NCBI GenBank assembly: GCA_951406725.2
Contig: OX597822.1
Coordinates: 87,110,001-87,174,000, forward strand
Reading direction: 5' to 3'
DNA from: Octopus vulgaris
Lineage: Eukaryota
DNA: 64,000 nt
The stretch's first letter is position 1; every line of letters begins with the position of its first letter. The notes under the pieces were generated by a model. That model was not told the DNA's origin, did no database searches, and saw nothing but the letters and a program-made list of their open reading frames with translations. Below are positions 36,689-50,150 of the stretch, one piece after another. The translations under genes were made by a program, and so were the position numbers.

Positions 36689-39600
36689 AGGTGGTGGTGG
36701 TGGCGGCGCCAGTGCCCCCCACCCCCCACCCCCCCGCTGCCGATATTAGGAGGATGGGGACAGTATCTTCCTTTATTTCTATGATTTTGTATTCATAAAT
36801 GTAAGCTCATAGTCTCCTAAAAGATTATATAGGTATTGTCCTACAAATCTGAGTGATTAATTTAAGTACCACAAAAAAATTTCTTGATTTGAGCTTTACC
36901 ACCTAGAAGTTTGTGAGTCTATCTTGCTGAGAGCTGAGCAATTAAGGTACTAGGCTATTGGCCAAATGGTTGATGGTTAGCATTGTATAGTGCTATGTTC
37001 TAAACCCTGCCTAGTTCACAATATTGTGATGGCTTCAGCTCACAAACACAGATAGCAAGGACATAATAATTGATGAGTATCATCCCTAGCTTGGTTAAGT
37101 TCAAATCATCTGTGAATAATGGCTAATGATTCAATTGTATTCCTTTCTACAAAATCTTGCTCAATTTTCATGACCACCTGGAGGTAGCAGTGACTTATAT
37201 ACCAAATATGTATATATAATGGCCATTGAATAATAGGTTCTCTTTAAAAACAAGTCCTTCTTTTCTGTGAGCTAAAATTATCATTTAATACCATCACATT
37301 GGTTTGTGAATATCTTTCATTGCTTTAGAATGCTAAAACTATTTAAAAATTCTCTCAGACATATAAACAGTTTCTGTAATAGCTTATTTTCTGTTAGTTC
37401 AATAACAGTGATAAACTAATTATATAGGTTTGGTCCAAAGCCAACATAGCAGTTAGTTGCTTTGTTTGACATGCAATTTTCCCTTTGTGTTCATATTTAT
37501 ACACAAGTGATGTATGCCTGCATGTGTATGGTTCTAGACATGTTCCATTTGATTGTATGTTTGGGGTTTGTATGTACATTTGCATCACTCTTGTGAGATG
37601 CTGATATACTGCTAGTCACATGTTTGTTAAGCAAGTAGTTTTCTATGTTAATATGAAGTGTTGTTGCATCTATCTTTATATATTGATTTTGAAATATCTC
37701 AAATTGTATCTATGCTTGTGTGAATGTCTGTTAAAATGACGAGATTTTTGTTTTGAATGTTAAGAAATGTGTAAAACATTGTAAACTTGCAGAAACTTAC
37801 TTAAATAATTTATAAACCCCCTCCTTCAATAAATGTGAAAGGTAGCCATAAAAAATGTAGCCATAAAACATGTAATCTATTATGATATATACACCATTTG
37901 ATATAAATCATTCTAAATTGTCTGTCTCTGATAATAATTTTTAATAAATCCTTGAAAGTTATTGCATGAGTTAGAAATAATTATGATATTGGAAATTATA
38001 ATTTTAATCTTTGATTGTAAACCAAATAATATATCTGAGTTATGGCTTCATCTACAACTGCTACTTTTTAAAAATCTAGCATGAAGAAGTAGGTTATTAA
38101 CATTTACATATTAATGCATGTATTTTCAGAATGACATGTATCAAAGAGGTGTTTTTCATACTATAATGCATAAAATAGTTTCTGCTATGGATGACTGGCA
38201 TTCATACCTTCACATTCTGAGTTCAAATCTTACTGGAGTTAACTTAGCTTTTTCTTTTCTCTCTCAGGGATTAATATAATAGTACCAGTCAAATATTGGG
38301 GTGAATGTAATTGACTTGAAAGTTTACTCAGAAAGTGTCTGGCTAATACATATGTTGGAGGTCAGTATTATTGGGTGACGCAGAGTTCAAGTCTGGGTGT
38401 CTGACATCTAAAATGTTGTTGTGTACTCACACCCCTCCACCATTTGGGCAATGCAACTAGTGTAAGTTGCAGAATAGCATTCTATAGAGGAGGTCTAGTG
38501 GTTGGGAAGAGAAAGAGATTCACAAGAATTAAGTGTCTGTCAGACTTTCAGAAAACTCTCTCCTGGCAGTGCTAGTGAAGCCAGATATATTTTTTAGGTC
38601 TGGAAGTGTCATCAGCCAGTCCTGAATGACATATAAAGAGCAATCAAAGCCATTCAACATCCACTCAGTCCAGTGTCTGAGAATTACTGTCAAACAGCTG
38701 CTGTTTCATGCAGGTCTGATGTGGCTATCATCCAGGTCTATAAATAATATTCTTCTACCACCTTCTTTGGTCAGGTAGCAGCAGCAGTTTTCTTCTGTTT
38801 GGTGAGGGCAGAAGATGTTCTGTTTAGTGGATGCAACTAAAAGGACTGAGGACAGACATTTTCCTATTTGGTCATTAAGTTTGTCAAACTTCCACTTGAA
38901 ATGGTGAGGGTGGAGAGAGAGAGAGAGAGAGAGAGTTGAAAAGTGGGTGAGAATAGAAAGTTACAACCTGAGTAAATGGTCTTTTGCTAAGCATGAGGCC
39001 TGCATTTTGTTATTTGTTTTAAAAAAAACCCTTCACTATATGAGTTAGCAGCAAAACTGATTTGTTAATTGAACTTAGTTTCATTGTTGCAGTCTGAAAG
39101 AAATAACTCTGAAAATGTAGGTCACCGCTAAAAACTCTTTTCTTCCTTTTTTTTTGTTGTTTTTTTTTCATTCACTAGTCTCAAATTCTCAAACTCATTA
39201 CTTTTGTTAATTTTGTTTGAATAATCTGTAACCATCTGCTGGGCATTGAAACAGCTGGTATCTTAGATCAAATAAGCATAGGAGACCATCATAAGTTCCT
39301 TGGTAGGGGGTGAGTTATTGTATCATAAAAAACTTTTTTTTTGTTTTTATTTCTACTGAACAATTTTTCATTCTCTTGCAAGCATTTATTTCAATATTTC
39401 TTGTCTTACATATCTTTCTTTCTCTTCTTTCTTTTTTTTCTTCTTTCCTCATATATTTCACTCCCCTGTATTCTCCCAACTTCTCCATCTAGCTTATTCC
39501 TAGTATTTTTATAGCCTCTATATTGCACACCCTCTACCACTCTTAAGTTTTCACAAATCTTTTTCATTAGTGCAGCTTCTTTGCAGTGATTATTTTAATT

Positions 39601-41154
39601 GAACTTTATAATCTTAATTCTAGTTTACTCAATGAAATTTTACCTCATTATCATAATGTTAACATCTGTTTTGTTGTTCTGGATGTTTCCAGGTTGGTAA
39701 CAACTGTGAGCTGTGCATGTATATGGGTGTATAGGAAAAGTTTTATTATTTTTTTTAATCTTTAAATTACTTCAGTAAAGGAGTTTGTAATTAATAATAA
39801 AAGAAGATTCCAGCATTGGAATTTTGGCAGTACTTACTGCACATTAGAAAAATCTTATATATTTTTCCTATTCTATTTAAACGTTAAAAGTGTAGAGACA
39901 TGCACTAAATACCATTATTCTTTGCCAGAGAAATACAAATTATTTGTGTGTGTGTGTGTTCGTATGCATATACATACATCTATGTACATATAATTCTGTC
40001 TCCATGTGTGTGCAAATAAAAGTAAATTTCGACTGTTCAGAATAGCGATCTTAACTTTGAGACGATTGTTTTATTGTTCTTTTTCTTTATTTTTCTACAA
40101 AATAACATAACCTTCTTCCACTTGATATTCTAGTCAAGCATGCTCTGATGCTGGACAGATATCTGTTGCTGTTTCCATTATTGAATTACCAAAGAGCGCA
40201 TCAATAAATAAATGAGGTAAAAATTAGAAGAAGCAAGACTAACAAACCAACAGCAACAATAGAACCAGCTTTTTCTCAATTATTAATATCTGAAAGTATT
40301 TTTCATTTAAAATAGGAAACAAAAACAAAACAAAAAAAAAAAAAGCAAAACTAAGTAAAAAGAAATCAGGGAAAACTGAAAGCATTGCAGAATAAATACT
40401 AAGAGTGAGGCTTATTTTGGTGATGGCCATAGTAGTAGTGGTAATGATGTGCATATAAATATATAGATACTTGATAAAGAGTATACCATGCAACTCCTTT
40501 ATGCCAAATACAAGAACATAATCTGTTTTAGGAGTGTTTTCCCTAGGAAATAGCTGAGGATTACCCAAGCTTTTATAATGTTTTTATGTGATTAGAACCC
40601 ATTTGGAATTAGAAAACTATGAAGGTTAATAAATCATAATTTATGAGGATTTTTTTTTCTTTTTTAAATTAAGTAATTTTATTATTGGAAAATTATTGAT
40701 AGATTGTAGTCCTATTTATTATGCTTCCTTTTTACATTTTAGATAAATTTAATCCTGTATTTTTCCCTGCAACATCCCAATATCTACATGATATTCCTGT
40801 AGAACATTTCCTTATTTACATGAAAATTGATTTCTTTTGATTTGACTGGCATTTGGAGGTGGTGGGGTGGGGATAGTAAATTGGATCGACTCCTGTGATT
40901 GACTCCAATTAGTGATACTTGGTTAGTTGATTCAGGAATGATGAAAAATGAAGCAAATTCTAGTAGGATTTGAACTCAAAAGTCTTGGGTACTAACCTAT
41001 TTTCAATATATTTAATCTTGGTATTTTACTCATTCAGCTTTGCCTGTTCCCTCATTTAGAAGAATATTGATTTATTGTCACTAAATACATTGCCAGTATA
41101 TTTTTATAAAGGAGAGATGAGGTTTGGATAAATTTGTTGGTGGTGTTAATTGAT

Positions 41155-43200
41155 ATGACAGTCAGGCGGTAGTATATGATGGATGTAATGTACACATTCG
41201 CCACCTCTGCCTGACCTTTCAGAGACTGCTTCCTCTTAGCCCATTTCTGGGTGAGACTGGTCACCCAGTTTGTCACCTACCCCAGTTCTTGTCCACTTGG
41301 AAAAGGTCTGGACTGAACCAGTCCCCAAGTAACTTAATCGGTTCTTCTATCTAGTGCCTCACAATACTGTTGGTCAGCTTCTTTGAGAACCCTTGTAGAA
41401 GCCTTGCATTGTCATTTACTTGAGAAATCCATACATCATGTGGAAAGGCATCCCTCATTGTTTGCAGAGTGTCTAAATCCATCCTTACCATCATTAAATC
41501 CAAGATTTCCCCCACCTTTTTCAGTGTCTTCCCTTCGCAATATGAGGGCCATCAGTTCTTTGTTGGCCTTCCTTACTATCACAAAGTTAGCTGCCTCTGT
41601 TGTTTTTTGCTGTTCTTGTTGCGTTTGTGGTGTGAGTTTCCTTTTGGGATTTTTTTCTGCAGCAGTTGTCTGAGTGTCTGCATTTGTTGTGGGAATGTGT
41701 GCCTGTAGTTTTTTGGATTTACTCTCTTCCCCCTCATCATCACTTTTCAATGTGGTAGAACCAGTATCTGTTGCAACCTCCTCTCTGTGGGAAGTGAATT
41801 TGTGTTTGTATGTGTATCTTTTGTATGTTTGTGAGAGAGGAAGTTGTTGAGCTTGGTTGTGAGGTGTTGGTTTTTGTGGTTGACCTCTCCAACGGTTTTC
41901 CTGTTGGTGCCGTTGCTATTTTTGCTGCTTTCCCTGTTGTTGTGATCTTTCTAGAGTTGGTGTTGTTTTTTGTTTTCCCAGCATTGGTGTTGGTGTCAAT
42001 GGAGGTCTTTGGACCCCTGTACTTATTTGCTTAAGACAAGATTCTTGTAGGTGTCTTGCTTTCTCCACAAGCAAAGCAATGAGATCTTCTGCCTTTGGTG
42101 ATTAAGGGTAATTTCATCCCATCCTTGAGAGGGACATGATCTGAGATGTTCTCCAAGTCTTGTGGTTTTATTTGGATTAGCATTTCCAAATCCATCCCAG
42201 CCCGGACTTCTCTTTGCATCTGTTGGACTTATAAGAGAATGGTGTTGCTGCCTTCCATGATCATGCATCCCACGAGCCACCATATGATGATACCTGGTGT
42301 TATTCTGGGGACTCAAACTTTTATTATTTTTCTGCCTATGTAGAATGGGTACATTATGCGCTGCTCAGTTTTATGTGGTCCCACCGAATGCTTCATGACC
42401 AGCTTTTCTGTTTTAAAAAGGACAGAACCCTTAGAATAAATTCGACATCCTCTCTGATTGATCTCAGTGCCATCTCCACTTGAAGGTGGGAGGGTTGTTC
42501 TGCTCTCTGAGACTGCACCGAGATGCACCTATACTTTACTGTCCTCTCAATTTCTGCCTCCACTTTGGCTGGGATTGCAAGGTTAACCCAGGTTTTTACT
42601 CTTTTTTATGGGTTTGTGGGCCTGGGCTAACATCTCCTTTTTGTTGGAGATGTCTGTCTCATAGTACTTTTATTGGCATTTCACAGCTGCTGCTGCTGCC
42701 AAAATACTTGTTCCACTCTCACTCTTGATGGTGGTGGTGGTGGAATTGTTCATGTTGTTACTGCTATTGTTACTTCCAAATACACCTGCCTCTCTATTGC
42801 TGGTGTTAACGTTGGAATTGATTGTGTTCTCATCAATGTTTTTGTTGTTGCTATTCATTCTGTTATGCTTCTCTGCTTCGTGTTGTTGAAGTTGTTATTT
42901 TCTGTGTTGATATCAGTTATAGTATTTTCCGCATTATTTCTGTTTGGGGAGTTGGCAGTTACATTTTTTTTGTTGTCTATTCGACTACCAAGTGATTGTG
43001 AGTTCTCTATTGTGTCACTTTTCTCTGTCGTATTACTTCTTTGTTCTTTGTGGTTAATTTTGTTGCTGTCCTTAGGGTCTGTGATGCTTTTGGATTCATT
43101 ATTAATTTTGTCCTCCAAATTGTTTGGTCTGTCAGTGAAAATTCATTTCTGTGACTTTTCCTACTGCCAGAAATTGGTTTGTTTTGTGTTAGAAAGTTAC
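41155..43200 (-). mobile_element. Tx1/L1-clade LINE remnant: ORF1 with CCHC knuckle joined to a post-RT piece of ORF2
   Basis: Asn/Thr-rich region (42670-43120); GRRSHCFACGE(fs)RHLQESC knuckle (~42035-42095); EPIKLLGDWFSPDL.QVDKNW...KWAKRKQSLKGQAEVANVYITSIIYYRLTV (41155-41350). Confidence 0.75.
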
Positions 43201-43414
43201 ACCCCTCCATGCCATTTTTTGCTTGTGAACATGTAAACATTTTGCAAATGCTAATATTTGAGCTCAATCCCTAAATATTATTTAATTCTTTTAAACAATA
43301 ATATCAATGGAAACAGTAGTTTTGATAACAAGAATACCTGTCAAGTTTCCATCAATGTTCTAGCCTTCCAGCCGGAAGTATAGTAATAATAATAATGATA
43401 ACAATAATAGTAAT

Positions 43415-43550
43415 ACAGCATTACTTGGAACTGCAAAAATTCTTTGCAGGGTTCTTGAAGCATGACTACTAAGCAAGTTTCACCTTAATCTGCTGGCCGT
43501 GGACAGCTGACACTTTCCATCATACCCAGCAAAATAAGCTGTGAGTTTTC

Positions 43551-43600
<50 letters not shown>
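43415..43600 (+). mobile_element. 5'-truncated R4/Dong LINE 3' end inserted in (TAA)n
   Basis: TALLGTAKILCRVLEA* followed by a ~95-nt UTR and a long (TAA)n tail; degenerate (TAA)n also directly upstream (43381-43414). Confidence 0.8.
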
Positions 43601-43603
<3 letters not shown>

Positions 43604-43967
43604 GCCCTGATTCAATACCAGGTACTGGCTCCTGGTCATATAATGCATATGGACAAGGACAGCTGTGTAAAGAAGTGCCAGTCATCGAATTTGTGTGGTT
43701 TTGTCTCAATATAGCATAATAGTTGTAAGTAAGGGTCGCTGTCATACAAATGGTGACACCTGTTTCTAAACTTCAGTGAAAGACATGTCCAGCCATGGGG
43801 AAATATTAGTCGGCTTAGAATCAGGTTAGGGTTGATGACAAGGAGAGTATTGAGCTGTAGAAGATCTGCTGTGAATGAATTCCATCTGACCCATGCAAGC
43901 AGGGAAAAGAAGACATCAATATGAAATGAAGTGAATTTGAACAAGTGTTTCAGTATAATGTCCTTAA

Positions 43968-44188
43968 CCCTTTGATTACCAACCCGGCCGAAACTGCCTC
44001 TGGCTCTCTAGTACAAATGTCTTGTTTTCTTAAGTTTTGAATTAAAATCTTCCACTAAACCCTAGTCACAATTTATGTTATTAACACTAGCTTAATGGTA
44101 ACTAAGTTATTTTACTAAATTCTTTGTTATATTTAAAATAATTGAAAGAAACACAGAGCATCTCAAAATAAATACGGTAATGAAAGGG
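43968..44188. mobile_element. piggyBac-type MITE
   Basis: TTAA at 43964-43967 and 44189-44192; TIRs ccctttgattacc / ggtaatgaaaggg (12 of 13 match). Confidence 0.88.
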
Positions 44189-45032
44189 TTAATCAACAAA
44201 CATTATTGTGAAAGTGTTGTCCATGGAGAACATTGGTCCCCTTTAAGAAATTATCAAATTATAAGTGATTGAAGCAAAGCATACATATAAAATTGTTTTA
44301 ACCAAAACATCAATAACATGGCCCACTTTAGCAGCTTTGTGACACAACACATTGCAATGTAAAATAGAATGCAAATCAAAGAGATAATAATCTTTATATA
44401 AATAGAAAGATAAATAGCCTGCAATTTTGATTTTAATCTGGACACCTCAGCTATATCACAGCCTATCATTTACAGAGTTCCATCTGTGCTCTAACTCACC
44501 ATTAATTTCCAGTTTCTGTTTATCTGAAGAAATAACCAAAGATTGAGATCTTCCTTTTTGTTTTGCTTTTCAGGGCTAAATTTTCACAAATTCTCCAATG
44601 TACATATCTTCATCAACACCTTGACTAAAAATGCAAAAACTGCAACACAATCGTAATGCCAGTACTTTCATCAGTGGCAATGGTATTTTCTGTTACAAGT
44701 CGAAGATATTTCTATGCTCTGCAATGGTTTATGTGAAAATAAAAATCTGTGAAGCCTTATTTGTGCACTTTTTACCAAATTGCCTTCTAAAAAGGCTTTG
44801 CTGAAATAGTTATTTTATTTGTAGCTATGTAACTTGCCTTGACTGCAGCATCGCTATGTTTATGCAGGCTTTTAAAAACTGACTGCAGCATTTCTATAAG
44901 TGCATAGTTTAACAATGTTTTCTTGATGAGAGTCATAGAGTTGCTGTACATTACTCTCTTTAGCAACAGAAATATTTTGTTTATGAGTCAACGACTATTG
45001 AAAAGGTTGCAAGACGCAATGAAAATAAATAA

Positions 45033-45230
45033 GCGCAGGAGTGGCTGTGTGGTAAGTAGCTTGCTTACCAACCACATGGTTCCAGGTTCAGTCCCACTGC
45101 ATGTCACCTTGGGCAAGTGTCTTCTCCTATAGCCTTGGGCTGACCAAAGCCTTGTGAGTGGATTTGGTAGAAGGAAACTGAAAGAAGCCCGTCGTATATA
45201 TGTATATATGCGTGTGCGTGTGTGTCTGTG
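45033..45230 (+). mobile_element. SINE family 1, 5' half ending in microsatellite
   Basis: gcgcaggagtggctgtgtggtaagtagcttgcttaccaaccacatggttccaggttcagtccc...gaaagaagcccgtcgtatata. Confidence 0.85.
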
Positions 45231-45612
45231 TATGTTGAGTTTTACACCAGGTTATTAGTCGCACAATGCCTAAATGAAATATATATATATATATATATAC
45301 ATATATGTATGTCTGTGTGTGTATTTGTGTGTATGTGTGTATATGCATGCGAGTGTGTGTGCATGTGTGTGTGTGCATGCGAGTGTGTGTGTGTATATAT
45401 ATAGGCAATTGAAAGCATATGGTAGTGCTCAAATGTTAAGAGAAGCCAAGCTTATAATATTTCTGTGTGACTGGGTTACATAGCCAAAACTTTTTGCATA
45501 TTCTATCTGCAAATTATGAATATTACGGCTATTATGCAACTCTGAGTTTCCTGAAACAGCTGCCAGGTTTAGAAATAATGTATTCATTTCTTAGTATTCT
45601 GTATTTTTTATG

Positions 45613-45646
<34 letters not shown>

Positions 45647-45648
<2 letters not shown>

Positions 45649-46755
45649 TCATCATCATCATTTAACATCTATTGTCCATGGGTTTGATGGTTTCACTAGG
45701 GCTGACAACCTGGAAGGCTACACCAGTCTCCAGTCAGATTTGGCATGGTTTCTATGGCTGGATGCACTTCCTAATGCCAACCACTCTGAGAGTGTAATGG
45801 GTGCTTTTATGTGCCACTGGAATGGCTGCCATTTGCATAACACTGGTATCTACCATGACTGCAATTTTACTTGGCTTGCTGGGTATGATGGAAAATGTCT
45901 CAAGCATGACATTATGTCAAAGGTCCCGGTCATTGCCTCCATGAAGTCTAACACTCGAAAGGTGCTTTTCACATGCCACCGGCATAAGCCACTTTTCCTC
46001 CATAAGGCCCAATCCTTGAAAGGTGATTTTTATGTGTCACTAGCACAGGTGCCAGTTATGTGGCACTAGCATCAGCCATGACTACGATTTCACTTGGCTT
46101 CACTGGTTTTCTTAAACACAGCATATCACCAAAGGTCTCAGTCATCAGTCATTGTCTCTGTGAGCTCTAAAGTTCAAAGATCATACTTCATCACCTCATC
46201 CCATGTCTTCCTGGGTCTACCTCTACCACAGGTTCCCTCCACAATTAGAGATGCCAGTCATCGAATTTGATTTTGATTTCACTTGCCTCAACAGGTCTTC
46301 GCAAGCAGAGTTTAGTGTCCAATGATGGAAAGGTACGCATAAGTGGGCTGGTTACACCCCTGGCATAGGTCACAAGGTTATGGTCTCACTTGGCTTGCCG
46401 GGTCTTCTCAAGCACAGCATATTTGCAAAGGTCTCAGTCACTAGTCACTGCCTCGGTGAGGCCTAGTGTTCAAAGGTCATGCTTCACCACCTCATCCCAG
46501 GTCTTCCTGAGTCTACCTCTTCCACAGGTTCCCTCAACCACTAGGGTGTGGCACTTTTTCACACAGCTATCCACATCCATTTTCGCCACATGACCATGCC
46601 AGCGCAGTTGTCTCTCTTGCACACTATATCTGATGCTTCTTAGGTCCAACTTTTCTCTCAAGATACTTACACTCTGTCGAGTATGCACGCTGACATTACA
46701 CATCCATCGGATCATACTAGCTTCATTCTTTGCGAGCTTATGCATGTCCACAGCA
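45647..46755 (-). mobile_element. RTE LINE 3' portion with internally repeated ORF2-end segments
   Basis: ORF 46470-46751: NEASMIRWMCNV...QLRWHGHVAKM...EGTCGRGRLRKTWDEVVKHDL; the ggtctc.gtca..agtca.tgcctc block recurs near 45920, 46135 and 46430; (GAT)n tail. Confidence 0.88.
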
Positions 46756-47809
46756 AAACTGTCTTTCTATCTCAATGTCACACACACACTCACACACACA
46801 TACACATATAGACACAGGTGTGTGTGTGTGTAGTAGTAGTTAATTAATCATATGGTTTATACCTGATAGTTTGCAGGCAAAGCACATTCATTGGCTTAGT
46901 GTGTTTGTTGGGCATTTGATTAATGAGGAACGGAAGCTGGAAGATAAATAAATTCTGTTTATTTTAATGAGATACCTCTTGAAATCACCCGTGGAGACAC
47001 ATCTACACTGAGGTTGTGCAATATCCCACCTGCGAGGGATCATGGATGCTTGATGGGTCGAAGCAGTTGTAGTGATCAATAAAGATTCTCATATCTTCCA
47101 TTTTCTGTCTCTCTCTCATTAATTACACACACACACACACACATGCATACACACACACACACACACTCACCAGTTTCCACTGCCCAAATCCTCTCGTAAG
47201 TCTTTGAATTGCCTGGGGCTATAGTGCAAGACACTGGTTCAAGATTCCACAGAATAGGACCCAACCTAAAACTATTTAGTTAGGAAGTGAGACGCTTAAC
47301 CCTACAAACTGCCTGAACCTCCCTATGGCCATGGGTTCAAAAGTTTTCATAGAATTTTAAGAAGAGAAAATTACACCCTCTTATGGTTGACACTGCTGTT
47401 TGGTGCTTTTAGTGATGGGAATCTCGAAAGTGAAGAAAATACTGTCTTGCTGAATGAACTTTCTTCATCTTTTAAACTATTTAAAATCAAGTTTGTGTTG
47501 GACTTAACAAATTTTTTGATGGTCATAGTGGTCCTGGATCCTTGCAGTTCCTTGATTGACATAAGTTGAAGTTCCTGTCATTACCATTTATTTATATTCT
47601 TTGTATGCTTATTATCTCATTCAATTTTTGTTTCTTATTCATCTGTCTCTACGTTATGAGGCCAAATTCTGCAAAGCTTGACTTTGCCCTTCATTCCTTT
47701 GGGGGTGTTAAAATAAGTATCAGTTGAGTACTGGGGGTTGAAACAATCGATGATCTCTTCCCCTTGAAAACAGTGCCAAATTTTGAAAACATTATCATTA
47801 TTATTGATT

Positions 47810-48270
47810 GCAAGAGCAGTGCATGCCATCAAAGTGACACTGGGGTACAAATATATGACACCCAGTATACCCACCATGACTATCCATCTGATAAGGGTAC
47901 ACCAGGCGGCACATACATCACATATATGCGTGACATATGGTTATCTCATATCAGGATAACGCATGACCTTGCAGGTGGGGGTCCAGTTAGAATTTTCTTC
48001 AGGGTGAGTAACTCATCCCACTCAAAAGGTTCCTGAATAAGGGTTGTTTAAGGATGTTGAATGAAACACTCATGTTTCCAGAAGTGAATTATCCAAACCC
48101 CAAAGAATTCTTCTCAACACATGGTTATGATGTTCCCCCACTACTTCTGCTTGTGATCAGAGATGCACATATTGTCAGCCATTAAGGGACATGCTCAACT
48201 GGTTATGGTCAAACAACTGACAAAAAAAATCTGTGGTATTGAACAGAATATTTGCTGTAGCCCATCTTTT
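47810..48270. repeat. Unclassified ~460-bp element between (TTA)n-like tracts
   Basis: GC-richer block bounded by attatcattattatt (47791-47805) and a long (tta)n (48275-48355); no ORF similarity recognised. Confidence 0.45.
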
Positions 48271-48274
48271 TAGT

Positions 48275-48325
<51 letters not shown>

Positions 48326-49339
48326 GTTATTATTATTAGTGTTATTGTTATTATCATTTGCTTGAATGAAATATATTTTTACTTTTTGTGTTTAAAATGA
48401 ATTATTGAAAAAAATGTGTTATTTATTCATCATGCACCCATCCAAGCATCAGTTGAAAAATGCCTTCTTTTTGGTCTATTAACGGGCAGATGATAGACTC
48501 ACTCTCATTTCTCCCTTAACTACCAATATCAACACTTCGTCCATTTATAAAAATTGTTATGAATTGGCTTCAGAACTGGTCCAATAAGCCTTTCATCTTT
48601 TTTGGTTGCACCATTAATTTGTAAAAATCTATAAATAAATCCTCAGAGAATTGACCTACTCCTAATAGAATTCAGTATTTTTTTTTCCTCCTTTTTTTCT
48701 TTTATTATTTTTTTCTTTCCTATCATTATTTTTCACCATCTTCACTTGGTGCAATCAAGGAGAGTAAGTTTAGCTGCAATATTGATTTTTTTAACTAGGT
48801 ACAATGGAGGGAGTATAGTCTATTGAATTGATTCTCTTTATATTGTAGTATATTTCCTGTAGCTTGCTTGTTTTATTTGATTAACCTGGAGAGATTAAGA
48901 GGGGAGTTGACCCAGAATGCAGAAGAGATGCTATAAGGCATCTAGCACACACCAGTCTGCCATTTCTGTTAACTCTTTGCTTAAATTGAACTGCAATATT
49001 AAAACCATCGTGTCATTAACACTAAATGAGAGATAAGGAGAATATAATTGATAAAAGAAAATAAGAAAGCAAAATGTTGAGAGAAGGGAGTGGAGAGGCA
49101 AATTATGAACAATAAAAGTGAAAAGAAGCTTCAAAAACAAAAGAAAATAAGAGAAAAAGTATTTGAAAACCTGTCAAATTGTTTGGGCTATTTCATTTGT
49201 TGACTGGACAAAGGAAATGTTAAAAAGTTTTGGAATTGCATGTTGGAAGAAAACAGATTTAGTCTTGACTCAAAGTTAATTTCATATCACTTATTTCTCT
49301 TCTCTTTAATCCACTCTCTCTCTTGTTTCCTTTATTTCC

Positions 49340-49381
<42 letters not shown>

Positions 49382-49879
49382 TCCACTTTGTCTTATTTTG
49401 CTCTCTTACTAGATTTCTTCTGTTTAATATTCCTTTTCACCTCTGCATTTTTGTTTGCAACACTGATCCAATATTTGTAGCTACCATCATTCCTCTAGGT
49501 AACAATGTGTGATTGAAGATTACTCTAATCCTCTCTTCTGATGATTGGTTTGTCTTTATATTTTATTCATTTACAACTAATTTTCCAAACTGGCATGGAT
49601 GGATTGAATAGAACTTGGAAGTTTGAACATTATTTGCCCAATCATTTTATACTAGAATGTTCTTCTTACCGTTGCCAATCAAATGATATAGATTAAACCT
49701 GTTTGTCAGCCAAGTAGCTTGATGCAAACTGAGTTATATCCTTTGCTAAAAATACAAGATACTGTCAATGTTGATTGAGTAATCAATAGTCTAATACCTT
49801 AATTTCACACCCATCATTCCTGTTGCTCATTTATTTTATTTTTTAAATTTATTTATTCTTTATATTTATATGCAAAAAA

Positions 49880-50150
49880 GAAAAAAAGCAAAGACCTGAG
49901 AGACCTGCATGGGGTGGATGCAGATGTCTTTAAAATAAAACTGGATCTCTTCCTGTCAGGTGTCCCAGATGAACCAACTTCACGGCAGGAGGTGCAGATG
50001 AGGGCAGCTGCTTCAAACTCTCTCATGCACCAAATGTCAATTGCTAAAAAGCATTTGTGAAGTAAAATCATGTAGCAACACCGAATGGCGGTGCCCCAGC
50101 ATGGCCACAGCTCATGAGCTGAAACTAGATGAAATAAGAAATAAAATAAA
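49880..50150 (+). mobile_element. CR1-clade LINE family B, 3' end
   Basis: KDLRDLHGVDADVFKIKLDLFLSGVPDEPT...RAAASNSL...*, then ggcggtgccccagcatggccacagctcatgagctgaaac and an A-rich tail. Confidence 0.85.

Noticed and set aside
42673-43236. 187-aa hydrophobic + strand ORF
   Set aside because: Antisense shadow of the Asn/Thr/Lys-rich Tx1 ORF1 region.
45467-46069. 200-aa + strand ORF
   Set aside because: Reads through a microsatellite and the antisense of an RTE 3' UTR.
47371-47562. 63-aa minus-strand ORF as an exon of a nested gene
   Set aside because: No convincing acceptor, no recognisable domain, no partner exons found.
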